A stretch of DNA of 64,000 bases from Minisyncoccota bacterium (GTDB lineage: Bacteria > Patescibacteriota > Minisyncoccia > Phycocordibacterales > UBA9973): the NCBI GenBank assembly GCA_041666225.1, contig JBAYHJ010000003.1, positions 17,116-81,115 on the forward strand, read 5' to 3'. Each line of letters begins with the position of its first letter. Within the stretch, counting starts at the first letter, position 1. Position numbers and translations under genes: made by a program. The notes under the pieces are model-generated. The model saw only the letters and a program-made list of their open reading frames with translations, did not search any database and was not told the DNA's origin. This document shows, piece after piece, positions 20,277 through 29,252 of this stretch.

Positions 20277-23200
20277 CTATTTTACCAAATTTACGATAAA
20301 TACCAAGCTATCAATTTTTATTTCTTGACCATTGTTTTCTTTAATTTTTATTTCTCTCACGTTAACTGTTTTTAAAAATTCATCCTTAAATTGATTTATC
20401 AATTCCTGACCTTCAACACTTGTTTCAATAACCAATGTGATAATATCATTTGGATTTAATCCATTCTTTTTTCTTATATCTTGTATGGCACGAACAAGCT
20501 CACGATAATTCCCTTCTTGTTTGAGTTCTTCGGTTAAATTTAGATCGAGTTCTACTTTCTTTTCATCACCCTTATCATACTTCAAATTTTTAACATTAAG
20601 TTCGTCTTTAATTATTTCTTCGTATTCAGTTGGTAATTCGTAATTCGTAATTATTAATTCTCTTAGTGGTTGCCTAACTGGAATTCCAGATTTTTGACGA
20701 GCTTGCAAGCCAAGAGAAACAATCTCTCTTGCTTTTTTCATTTCATCAATAACTTTTGTATTAATATTATCTATTGTAATATCTAAAAAGAAATCAGTCA
20801 GATGAACACTTATTGGATCAGATGAAAATCTAATTTTCTTCCAAATTTCTTCCGCAATAAAAGGCATAAAAGGTGCAAAAAGTTGAACCGTTACTTTTAA
20901 AACAAAATATAAAGTATGCTTTGCGTCTTCATTGCCATCTTTTAATCGATCACGGGAACGGCGTAAATACCAGGTTGAAAGGTCTTCAATAAATACCTCA
21001 AAAGGTTTCGTTGCTTGTGCCAAATCATATGCCTCCATACCATTTTTGACCTCAAGAACAAACTGTGATGTCCGAGCAATTATCCATTGATCGAGAACAT
21101 TTTTTGAAACTTCATATGATTGATCTTCAGTGTTTTGATTTCTATATAATTCATAGAAAGAGACAACATTATCAAACCTATTAATTATTTTACTAGATAC
21201 TTCTTGGACGAGTTTTTCAGAGAAATTTACATCTTCCCCCTTCATCAAAGTACTAGCCATCAGATAGAACCTGAGAGCGTCAACTCCGTACTTATCAAAT
21301 AAAAGCCAAGGATCTGGGAAATTATTTTTAGACTTGGACATCTTGCTTCCATCTTCTGCAAGGACTGTCCCTGTAGTTACAACATTTTCAAATGGAGCCT
21401 TCCCAAACAATATAGTAGAAATAGTGTGAGTATAGTAGAACCAAGTTCTCGTCTGGGCAATATATTCTGCTACAAATCCTGCTGGAAAATTATCTTTCTG
21501 CCAATCTGGATTCTCAAATGGATAGTGATCCTGTGCAAAAGGCATTGATCCTGACTCAAACCAACAATCTATAACTTCTGGAATTCTTTTGTATTCTTCA
21601 CCCTTTTCATCAATAAGTACTATTGAGTCAATATATGGGCGGTGCAAATCAAGCTCATAATCTTTATTATGAGGAAGAACTACAAAGTTTAATTCTCTTA
21701 TCTCGGCATTCTTCAAGTATGGAGGAAAATTTTCATCAGTAGGAAGTGTCTCGTAAGAGAAGCCTTGTACTACATGGCAAAGTGCACTAGTCTCCCCTGC
21801 ATGACCTATAAGGAGAATATTCTTACCGGAATATTGGCTATCTATTTCATAAATCATTTTCCCTACTCGATTAATAACTTGCGAATAACTCTCTCCGTTT
21901 GGCATCGCTTCAAATGGATGCTCCTTGTACTGATTACAATAAAATTCTTCGAAAGCTTCTCGCGACTTTCCTTCGTAATCCGAACTTACATCCCATTCTT
22001 TCTCAAGGTCGTTATAGATAATTTTATCCAGTGGATAGCCAATCTGCTCACAAAGAATTTTCGTAGTTTCTTTGGTTCTCTCTAAAGGAGATGCTATAAC
22101 TACGTCAACTTTCTCTTTGAAATTTTTTGCACTTTCTGTCACTTGCTCTACCCCAACTTTCGTAAGTTTACAATTATTGGATTCTTCATCTTCCATCACA
22201 ATCTCACTAACGTTGCATTCTGCTTGCCCATGACGCATGACCCAATACTTATTCCCTGACTTTTTAACTTTTGACTTTAAATCTTCAAGAGAATTCACTA
22301 CCATTATCTTACCACTTTCTGATTTCCAAATAGGAAGCGGGCTCGCCCAATAACGATTGCGGGAGATAGTCCAATCAGGAGCACTCTCCATAGTATTCTT
22401 GAAACGTCCCTCTTTTAAATGTTCAGGAATCCAATTCATATCTTCACCTTTTTTCAGTAGACTATCTTTAACTTTTTGTATATTTATAAACCAAGATGGT
22501 AGTGCATAATACAGAAGAGGTGTCTCACAACGATAACAGTGCGGATATGAGTGAATGATTTTCTCTTTTGCAAAGAGAGCTCCAGTGTGTGCCAGATATT
22601 TAATAATTAGAACATCTGTAGACTGCGGATCTTCCTTTGGTTTCACTTTTACATTTGGAAAGTCAGTTACCTCTTTTGAAAAATCTCCGTTGGGCTCCAC
22701 ATGACGAATAAATGGGATATCGTGCTCTTTTGCCAAGCCCATATCATCTTCACCAAAAGCTGGCGCTTCATGAGCAATCCCTGTCCCCTTATCTACTGTC
22801 ACAAAATCTGCATGCCAAACTTTCCAAATATTAGGATTTTTAGCTACTTCTTCATTTTTATAATATGGGAATACTGGCTCATAAGAAAGACCTACTAAAT
22901 CTTCCCCTTTTACTTCTTTTATTATTTCTCCATTATCAAATTTACTCTGTAAATTTTCATACAAATCTTTCGCTACTACATATACCTCTTCGCCTTTTTC
23001 TGTAATATTTTTTACTAAAATATAAAGCAATTCTTTATTTATAGCTATTGCAGTATCCCCTGGTAATGTCCAAGGAGTTGTAGTCCAAGCAAGTAAATAT
23101 GTATCTTTATATTTTTCATCTAAAATTTTAAATTTAACATATACAGAAATATCAGTAATATCCTTATAACTATTATCCATAGCAATTTCAGAATTTGCTA

Positions 23201-23762
23201 TTGGGGTCTCACAGCGTGGACAATAAGCAAGAACTCTTACTCCTTCGTAAAGTAATTCTTTTTTATTCATCTCACCCAATGCCCACCAGACACTTTCTAT
23301 GAAAGTGTTGTCCATAGTTTTATAAGAATTATCAAAATCCACCCAGCGACCCATACGATCTACTGTTTTCTTCCATTCATTTACATATGTTAGAACTTTA
23401 CTACGAGCATGCTCGGTAAATTTATCAATACCTAGAGCCTCAATAGCCTTCTTTCCAGAAATACCCAAATCTTTCTCTACAATATTCTCAATTGGCAATC
23501 CATGGCAATCCCAACCCCAACGACGAGGAACATTGTACCCACTCATAGTTTTGTATCTACCTATCACATCCTTTACTGTACTTCCAAGTATATGCCCATA
23601 ATGAGGAAGTCCTGATGCAAAAGGTGGCCCATCATAAAATACATACTTTCCCTTCGGTGCATCTTTCTCCAAACTCTTCTCGAAAATTTTATTTTCTTTC
23701 CAGAATTTTAAAACTTCTTCTTCTCGAAGCGCACTATTTGTTTTTTGATTTTTGTCCTCCAT
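20277..23762 (-). CDS. ileS: Isoleucyl-tRNA synthetase (type 2) carrying an inserted histidine-phosphatase (PGM-family) domain
   Basis: PPFASGLPHYGHIL motif, GWDCHGLP, WTISRNRYWASPLPIW and KMSKS. The W-to-KMSKS distance is about 330 aa against about 130 typical. The inserted residues (about 504-700) carry RHG, SPLERTKETT and GHAGE motifs. Confidence 0.9.
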   Translation of the reverse strand: MEDKNQKTNSALREEEVLKFWKENKIFEKSLEKDAPKGKYVFYDGPPFASGLPHYGHILGSTVKDVIGRYKTMSGYNVPRRWGWDCHGLPIENIVEKDLGISGKKAIEALGIDKFTEHARSKVLTYVNEWKKTVDRMGRWVDFDNSYKTMDNTFIESVWWALGEMNKKELLYEGVRVLAYCPRCETPIANSEIAMDNSYKDITDISVYVKFKILDEKYKDTYLLAWTTTPWTLPGDTAIAINKELLYILVKNITEKGEEVYVVAKDLYENLQSKFDNGEIIKEVKGEDLVGLSYEPVFPYYKNEEVAKNPNIWKVWHADFVTVDKGTGIAHEAPAFGEDDMGLAKEHDIPFIRHVEPNGDFSKEVTDFPNVKVKPKEDPQSTDVLIIKYLAHTGALFAKEKIIHSYPHCYRCETPLLYYALPSWFINIQKVKDSLLKKGEDMNWIPEHLKEGRFKNTMESAPDWTISRNRYWASPLPIWKSESGKIMVVNSLEDLKSKVKKSGNKYWVMRHGQAECNVSEIVMEDEESNNCKLTKVGVEQVTESAKNFKEKVDVVIASPLERTKETTKILCEQIGYPLDKIIYNDLEKEWDVSSDYEGKSREAFEEFYCNQYKEHPFEAMPNGESYSQVINRVGKMIYEIDSQYSGKNILLIGHAGETSALCHVVQGFSYETLPTDENFPPYLKNAEIRELNFVVLPHNKDYELDLHRPYIDSIVLIDEKGEEYKRIPEVIDCWFESGSMPFAQDHYPFENPDWQKDNFPAGFVAEYIAQTRTWFYYTHTISTILFGKAPFENVVTTGTVLAEDGSKMSKSKNNFPDPWLLFDKYGVDALRFYLMASTLMKGEDVNFSEKLVQEVSSKIINRFDNVVSFYELYRNQNTEDQSYEVSKNVLDQWIIARTSQFVLEVKNGMEAYDLAQATKPFEVFIEDLSTWYLRRSRDRLKDGNEDAKHTLYFVLKVTVQLFAPFMPFIAEEIWKKIRFSSDPISVHLTDFFLDITIDNINTKVIDEMKKAREIVSLGLQARQKSGIPVRQPLRELIITNYELPTEYEEIIKDELNVKNLKYDKGDEKKVELDLNLTEELKQEGNYRELVRAIQDIRKKNGLNPNDIITLVIETSVEGQELINQFKDEFLKTVNVREIKIKENNGQEIKIDSLVFIVNLVK

Positions 23763-23771
23763 AATTTTACT

Positions 23772-23862
23772 AAACGAAACAAATTATTTTATGAAAAAAT
23801 GTCTGGCTCCTTGTCCTCCCTCATCCGAGGACTTTTTTCAGAATATAATTTGTGTAGCTTTT
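23772..23862 (-). repeat. Hairpin leader/MITE-like element, copy A (immediately 5' of ileS)
   Basis: About 90 nt with nested inverted repeats (ACAAATTAT / ATAATTTGT; AAAAAATGTC / GACTTTTTT; GTCCTC / GAGGAC). It is highly similar to 44203-44315. Confidence 0.6.
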
Positions 23863-23885
23863 TTGTTTAATTTATAAATAAAAAA

Positions 23886-23937
23886 CTCGTCCCCGTACAA
23901 CAATTATAATAATTGCTATACAAGGACGAGTTTCTCT
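23886..23937 (-). terminator. Long-loop hairpin terminator downstream of the Cys-rich gene (minus strand)
   Basis: CTCGTCC...GGACGAG 7-bp stem flanked by an A6 tract and a T-tract. Confidence 0.4.
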
Positions 23938-24093
23938 CGTGGTACCACCTTGATTACTTCTCATTTAATAGGGTTCTACTCATTTATATGGTCCCGCCAA
24001 TAGCGTGATAAACTTTCTTCCCAATGCTCTAGGGTGATAACCCTTTCACTGCATATATATTAAGAATACTATAAAATCACAAAATTGCAAGAT

Positions 24094-25647
24094 TCAACAC
24101 ACTTCCTGCTGATAACATTTTTCACAATATATAATTTCTGATCGGTCTGGGGCATAACTCGTCTCAAATTCGTTAGTACAACCTTCTTTCATACAGGATC
24201 TGTACCAGAGCTTCATAGGATTAAGTTTTTTTGTTCTTGATATATGCCTACAATGAAAACATCTTCTAGGAATTGGAATATTCATCTTCTTATAAAAAGT
24301 TAGTTCACTAGCTACAATCTTATAATTTCTTCCACATTCTATGCAACCAAGTATTTCATCTAATATACTATCACCAATTTCATTTATAGAATCTGGAATA
24401 TTTTTATAAAATAGAGTTTCTTTATCTGATGTTTTCTGAATATTATCCTGCCACCCATATCCTTTTTCTATTGCTTCTTCTTTATTTAAAGGATAATTAT
24501 TTATCGCAATTGTTTCATTGTATCCAAAAGGTGAAATTTCTGAAGGAAAAAATTCACCATATTTATATATAACTCCATTTTTATCAACATATGGCATATC
24601 ATTCATGTGTTCTATAATTTTTGGTAATAATTCTTCATATTCTTTTTTTGTATATTGTTTATTTAAAATAGAATAACTATCATTACGGAGAGCATCACAC
24701 CCAAAAATATGTTTACAATTATGACAATGTTGAGTATATCTTATATCCTGACTCTTCACAGAAAATAAACCAAAAAAGTTTAATTGGGAATGATCTACAA
24801 CTTCCCCTTCATAACACTCAGAAAGTTCTCCTGACATCGTTAAATCATAAGAATCTTTCTGGATACCACCAAAATCAGAATATTTACAATTTTCACATTT
24901 CTTTAATACAAAAGATTTTTTAGTGTTTTTAGAATAAGAAATAATATCCCCTGAGCAATCTAATGTCTGTTTAAACCAAGCAAAACGACGAGGGTAATTT
25001 AAAATAAATTCACTATACTCATTTTTAGTTTTCTCTACACTAGAAAATGTATCTAGTTTATACTTTCCTAAAATCTTTTCATATTCTTCTTTTGTATACT
25101 GTTCATTTTTAAAACAATATTTTTTGTTTCGTAGACCACAACACATAAAACAATTGGAGCAATCCTTACAATCATATAAGAATTGTGAATCTATACACGC
25201 TCTACTAAATTCTGAATATTTAAGTCTATATCCATGAGTACAGTTGATGCATTCATATACAAACTCAGTTTCTGCAAAATTTAATAAACAATCTACAATT
25301 TCTTTTCCAGCATTAATAAAATAACCATACATGACATTCTCAATATGCCACCCAGAAAAAACCATATAGCAATTTTTTGAAAACCAAACATCATGAGTAT
25401 ATTCGCAATTCATGCTAGCAATACCATCATCATTTACGAGAGCCATGTGTGGAATTCTTTTCATTAAATCTTGGAATTGAATAAAGAACGGTTTACTAAA
25501 ATCATAATCAACCCCATATTTTTGGATCCCATTTATCACTCCACCAGCACTTATTACAATAAATAGTAATACCAGATTCAAATGAATATAAAGAAATAAC
25601 AGATTTATCACACAAATCGCACTTTCTTGTATAAAGAGACATAACAT
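24094..25647 (-). CDS. Cysteine-rich repeat protein with a C-terminal CxxC zinc ribbon (probably continuous with 25508-25792 after a frameshift)
   Basis: Many CxxC pairs; an internal repeat C.NC..F.C..LRN..Y..N.QYTK.EYE..L.K occurs twice; C-terminal CIECGRNYKIVASELTFYKKMNIPIPRRCFHCRH. The in-frame N-terminal 60 aa look non-genuine, so the start is probably at M62 (near 25464) or the ORF is fused to the upstream one. Confidence 0.5.
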   Translation of the reverse strand: MLCLFIQESAICVINLLFLYIHLNLVLLFIVISAGGVINGIQKYGVDYDFSKPFFIQFQDLMKRIPHMALVNDDGIASMNCEYTHDVWFSKNCYMVFSGWHIENVMYGYFINAGKEIVDCLLNFAETEFVYECINCTHGYRLKYSEFSRACIDSQFLYDCKDCSNCFMCCGLRNKKYCFKNEQYTKEEYEKILGKYKLDTFSSVEKTKNEYSEFILNYPRRFAWFKQTLDCSGDIISYSKNTKKSFVLKKCENCKYSDFGGIQKDSYDLTMSGELSECYEGEVVDHSQLNFFGLFSVKSQDIRYTQHCHNCKHIFGCDALRNDSYSILNKQYTKKEYEELLPKIIEHMNDMPYVDKNGVIYKYGEFFPSEISPFGYNETIAINNYPLNKEEAIEKGYGWQDNIQKTSDKETLFYKNIPDSINEIGDSILDEILGCIECGRNYKIVASELTFYKKMNIPIPRRCFHCRHISRTKKLNPMKLWYRSCMKEGCTNEFETSYAPDRSEIIYCEKCYQQEVC

Positions 25648-25792
25648 TTCTCCATGTATGTCTTCTTTGACGTCTACATTCCGGACAAAAAGTAGGAGGT
25701 GGAACTTTCATTTTTTCATAAAAACCAAAATCATCAGATTCAATTATGAAGTCTTTTTTACAGTTCTGACAATTTTTTGTTTGTGATTTCAT
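25508..25792 (-). CDS. Zinc-ribbon protein (likely the N-terminal part of the frameshifted Cys-rich protein)
   Basis: CQNC-x24-CPEC ribbon with the FYEKMKVPPPTF motif mirrored at the C-terminus of the downstream ORF. It overlaps the downstream ORF in another frame at an A5/G4 homopolymer. Confidence 0.5.
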   Translation of the reverse strand: MKSQTKNCQNCKKDFIIESDDFGFYEKMKVPPPTFCPECRRQRRHTWRNVMSLYTRKCDLCDKSVISLYSFESGITIYCNKCWWSDKWDPKIWG

Positions 25793-25797
25793 AAAAA

Positions 25798-26316
25798 TTA
25801 AAACATTCTACTTATTTTTTCTGCAATGTCTTCTGAACTTTCTAAGTCTGTTCTAAAAGCTATAGCCTTAAGATTTTTTTCTTTATTAAAAATTTCATAA
25901 AGTTCCTTGAATCTATCAACTGATAAATTTGATATTTTTCTATCTTCCTTTGGCACTTTTAAAGCACTCTCTACTCTTTCATTAAATCTTTTTAATAAAA
26001 CTTCAAAATCTGCCTCTAAATTAATTTCAACAACCTCATAGTTCTCTTGCTTGGCTAAATCAATTAACTTTTGTCTAAATTCTCTCGTAAGAGATGAATC
26101 TGAAATAATATTATATTTCATACTAAAAGTTTCTTTAGCCACAGCCAGTACAATTTTCTGCACATCTTTATAATACTTATCTGATTTATATTTAGAAAAA
26201 GACCATTTTAAATAATCATAGGATAAATGGAATAAATTCTCATTATTTTTCATTAATATTTTAATAACAGAACTTTTTCCTGAGCAAGAACTCCCATTTA
26301 AAATTATTATTTTCAT
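25798..26316 (-). CDS. P-loop kinase (AAA_33 / chloramphenicol-phosphotransferase-like family)
   Basis: Walker A motif GSSCSGKSS at the N-terminus; 172 aa. Confidence 0.55.
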   Translation of the reverse strand: MKIIILNGSSCSGKSSVIKILMKNNENLFHLSYDYLKWSFSKYKSDKYYKDVQKIVLAVAKETFSMKYNIISDSSLTREFRQKLIDLAKQENYEVVEINLEADFEVLLKRFNERVESALKVPKEDRKISNLSVDRFKELYEIFNKEKNLKAIAFRTDLESSEDIAEKISRMF

Positions 26317-26325
26317 ATTATTTTT

Positions 26326-26577
26326 TTATTTATTTTTAATCCAATATCTTTTCACAACAGGAATTGATTGTGTAGAAATAATAAACCCAAGTACTGGTAT
26401 TAAAGCACTTAAATATGATTTTGAAAATCCCATACTAAATAAAACAAAAAAGGCAATAATATAAGTAATAATACTTATAGATAAAATTCGAACAAAACTC
26501 GTCTCCCAAGCTTTATCGAGCTCTACTCTTTTATTCCTTTCTTCTATCTTATTTAATCTTTCTTCTATTGTTTCCAT
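26326..26577 (-). CDS. Small membrane protein (hypothetical)
   Basis: 83 aa with two TM helices, co-oriented within the argS-downstream gene string. Confidence 0.35.
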   Translation of the reverse strand: METIEERLNKIEERNKRVELDKAWETSFVRILSISIITYIIAFFVLFSMGFSKSYLSALIPVLGFIISTQSIPVVKRYWIKNK

Positions 26578-26615
26578 AATTCTTAATTCGTAATTATTAA
26601 TTCTTAATTACTTTC

Positions 26616-28355
26616 CTACATCCTATCTGGTACCTCTATACCCAATAGCCAGAGACCGTTCTTCATAGTTTGTACAAATGCTTTTATAAGATTCAAATGA
26701 TAAGCCATATATTTGTTTTCATCCACAAGTATCTGAGTATTGCCATAGAAAGTATTAAAGCTACTTGCAAGTTCAGTGAGATAAGTTGCAATATGATGAG
26801 GCTCAAGCAAACTGTATGAACGCTCAACTACTTCAGGAAATTGATAAAGTAATTTTTCTAAATCTATAATATTTTCTGGAATCTCCCCATTGTCCAAGCC
26901 TTGCCTGGACATCTGAGATTTTGCAAGAATAGAATTTGCTCGAACAGCAGTGTATTGTAGATAAGGACCAGAGTCACCATCAAAAGAAATTGATTTCTCG
27001 AAATCATAAACAATATCACTACCAAGTGATGAGCGAAGAATAGAATATTTAAGTGCTGCTACTCCAACAATTTGAGATATTCTCTTTTTCTCTTCATTTG
27101 AAAGTTCTCGGTCTTTTACTTTCTCAAAAACAATATCCATTGAGTCTCGCAAAAGTGACTCACCCGTTATAACATTACCTTTTCGAGAAGACATTTTACC
27201 TGTGGACAGTCTCATCATCCCATGGGTAATATGCTTCATTCTACTTTCTAGATCTGGATGCATTAGGGAAATCGCTTTCTGAACAACTTTCATATATTCA
27301 GCTTGCTCTATTGCTGTCGTGACAATAGAAATATCAGGATTTTCTTTTTCAAACTTGGTAGTTGTTAGACCTATTTCTTTCGTTTCATAAGTAGGCAAGC
27401 CCTGAGAATTTATAAAAACACGAGTGTGAAGTTTCTTATCATAGTTCTCACCATGGAAAATAATTGCTCTATCTGATTCTTCAAATATTTTCCCAACATT
27501 CTCTCTTACAATTTTCTCTCCAATTGGAGCCATGACACTTTCGAAGAAGTAATAATCAAATTTTGTTCCTAAAAGTTTATATATTTCTTCAAATGCTTCA
27601 AGTGTAGCTTTTCTTCCCCAATCATAATATTCTTTTATTTTTTCATCACATTCACCACTTTTATTTATATAATTATAAATTTGTTTATTAATACTTTCTA
27701 TCTCTTTTTTTGCCTCATCATTTATCTCATATTCATTATTACCTTGTGCATAACTATCACCAATAGCTAATGAAAGAGCCAAATAAGATAATCCATTATC
27801 AGTAGTAGGATATCCTAATTTAATCAAATGATATATAGCCTTTGCAACATGAGGACCTACATCCCCTTGATAATTTGCTCGAATAGTTTTTGCCCCAGAG
27901 AATTCTACAATTCTAGAAACTGACTCACCTATGGCGTTAGCCATTAAGTGACCGATATGGAAAGGCTTGAAAGGATTCGGATCCGTGTACTCCACCATAA
28001 CTTTTTTCCCTTCAAGTATTTTATTCTTTCCCCACTTGTCTCCTTTATCTAAAATTTCACTTACACTCTCTGTGAAAAATTCTCGTGACAAATAAAAATT
28101 AATAAATCCAGCTCCTGCAGTCTCTATCTTTTCAATATCACCGAAGCCTTGCTTCGGTAAACCTTTTAATTCTAAGGCCATTTTTTCTGCTAATTCACGA
28201 GGGTTTGTTTTTTGTTGTTTTGCACAAACCATTGCCACATTTGTAGAATAATCTCCATTTTTAAAATCTTCAGGATGTTCAACGGAAAAAGAAACATCTT
28301 CTATTCCAAGATTTTTTAAAGCTTCATTTATTAATTTTTCTATTTGTTCTTTCAT
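26616..28355 (-). CDS. argS: Arginyl-tRNA synthetase
   Basis: N-terminal ArgRS add-on domain, HIGHLMANAIGESVSRI motif and a DALR-type anticodon-binding C-terminus. Confidence 0.9.
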   Translation of the reverse strand: MKEQIEKLINEALKNLGIEDVSFSVEHPEDFKNGDYSTNVAMVCAKQQKTNPRELAEKMALELKGLPKQGFGDIEKIETAGAGFINFYLSREFFTESVSEILDKGDKWGKNKILEGKKVMVEYTDPNPFKPFHIGHLMANAIGESVSRIVEFSGAKTIRANYQGDVGPHVAKAIYHLIKLGYPTTDNGLSYLALSLAIGDSYAQGNNEYEINDEAKKEIESINKQIYNYINKSGECDEKIKEYYDWGRKATLEAFEEIYKLLGTKFDYYFFESVMAPIGEKIVRENVGKIFEESDRAIIFHGENYDKKLHTRVFINSQGLPTYETKEIGLTTTKFEKENPDISIVTTAIEQAEYMKVVQKAISLMHPDLESRMKHITHGMMRLSTGKMSSRKGNVITGESLLRDSMDIVFEKVKDRELSNEEKKRISQIVGVAALKYSILRSSLGSDIVYDFEKSISFDGDSGPYLQYTAVRANSILAKSQMSRQGLDNGEIPENIIDLEKLLYQFPEVVERSYSLLEPHHIATYLTELASSFNTFYGNTQILVDENKYMAYHLNLIKAFVQTMKNGLWLLGIEVPDRM

Positions 28356-28777
28356 TATTTTCTTCCAGTCGAGCCAAAACCTCCCATTCCACGAGATGAA
28401 TCACTAAGAGTATCAGTTTCCTCAATTTCTGCAATCACAACTGGAACTATCACTAATTGAGAAACTTTATCACCCTCTTCTACAGTATATGGTTCACTTC
28501 CCAAATTTACAAGGTGGGTATTGTATTCCCCTCTGTACCCTGCATCAAATACTCCACCCATATGAATAAGTCCTGCTTTTGAAATACTTGATTTGTCCAT
28601 TATAATTCCTGCATTCCCTTCTGGAAATTCCATAGCAAAACCATGGAAAAATCTATAATGTTCCATTGGTTTTATAGTTACAGTTTCCATAGCATACATA
28701 TCCATACCAACATCTCCAGGGTGAGCGTAGTTTGGTAATTTTGCATTCTCCTTTAATTTTTTAATCTTTATTTTCAT
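28355..28777 (-). CDS. dut: dUTP diphosphatase
   Basis: dUTPase motifs: GDVGMDM, IHMGGVFDAGYRGE, RGMGGFGSTG. Confidence 0.85.
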   Translation of the reverse strand: MKIKIKKLKENAKLPNYAHPGDVGMDMYAMETVTIKPMEHYRFFHGFAMEFPEGNAGIIMDKSSISKAGLIHMGGVFDAGYRGEYNTHLVNLGSEPYTVEEGDKVSQLVIVPVVIAEIEETDTLSDSSRGMGGFGSTGRK

Positions 28778-29252
28778 TGTATTTAAATAATTTTATAAGT
28801 TCTTTAAAATTTTTAAAAAATATTTCTGGTTTTTCTTCAAGTAATTCTTCTAATTCATTTTTTGAAAACCATTTTATATCTTCAACTTCTTCATCTTGTT
28901 TTACAAAGTTATAATCATGATCAACAACAGCAGTGTATAATTTAGCAAAACAACTATAGACACGGGCCTTATTAACAGCATTAAAATTTATATTAACTAA
29001 TCCTATTTCTTCCTCAGCTTCTTTTATGATATTTGATTCATAAGTCTCTCCTTCTTCTACCGTTCCTCCAACCGCCGGACCCCACAATCCTGGGTCATGT
29101 TTTTTACTAAAAGCTCTTTGGGCTAAAAGAATATTACCATCCTTGTCTGTTACCCAGAGCCCTGTTGCACGAACTATATCTTGAGAATCCCTATTTCCCC
29201 TATCTTTGTATCCTATTATTTCATCTTTGTCATTTACAATTGGAATTCTCAT
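28761..29252 (-). CDS. NUDIX hydrolase
   Basis: Nudix box GGTVEEGETYESNIIKEAEEEIGL. Confidence 0.8.
   Translation of the reverse strand: MRIPIVNDKDEIIGYKDRGNRDSQDIVRATGLWVTDKDGNILLAQRAFSKKHDPGLWGPAVGGTVEEGETYESNIIKEAEEEIGLVNINFNAVNKARVYSCFAKLYTAVVDHDYNFVKQDEEVEDIKWFSKNELEELLEEKPEIFFKNFKELIKLFKYNENKD

Noticed and set aside
23763-23885. T-box riboswitch upstream of ileS, and likewise upstream of metG, glyQS and argS
   Set aside because: I found no specifier-loop or T-box consensus (AATTAGGGTGGNACCGCG-like) sequence. The ileS 5' region is occupied instead by the hairpin repeat element. The other aaRS genes are internal to operons or have very short upstream regions.
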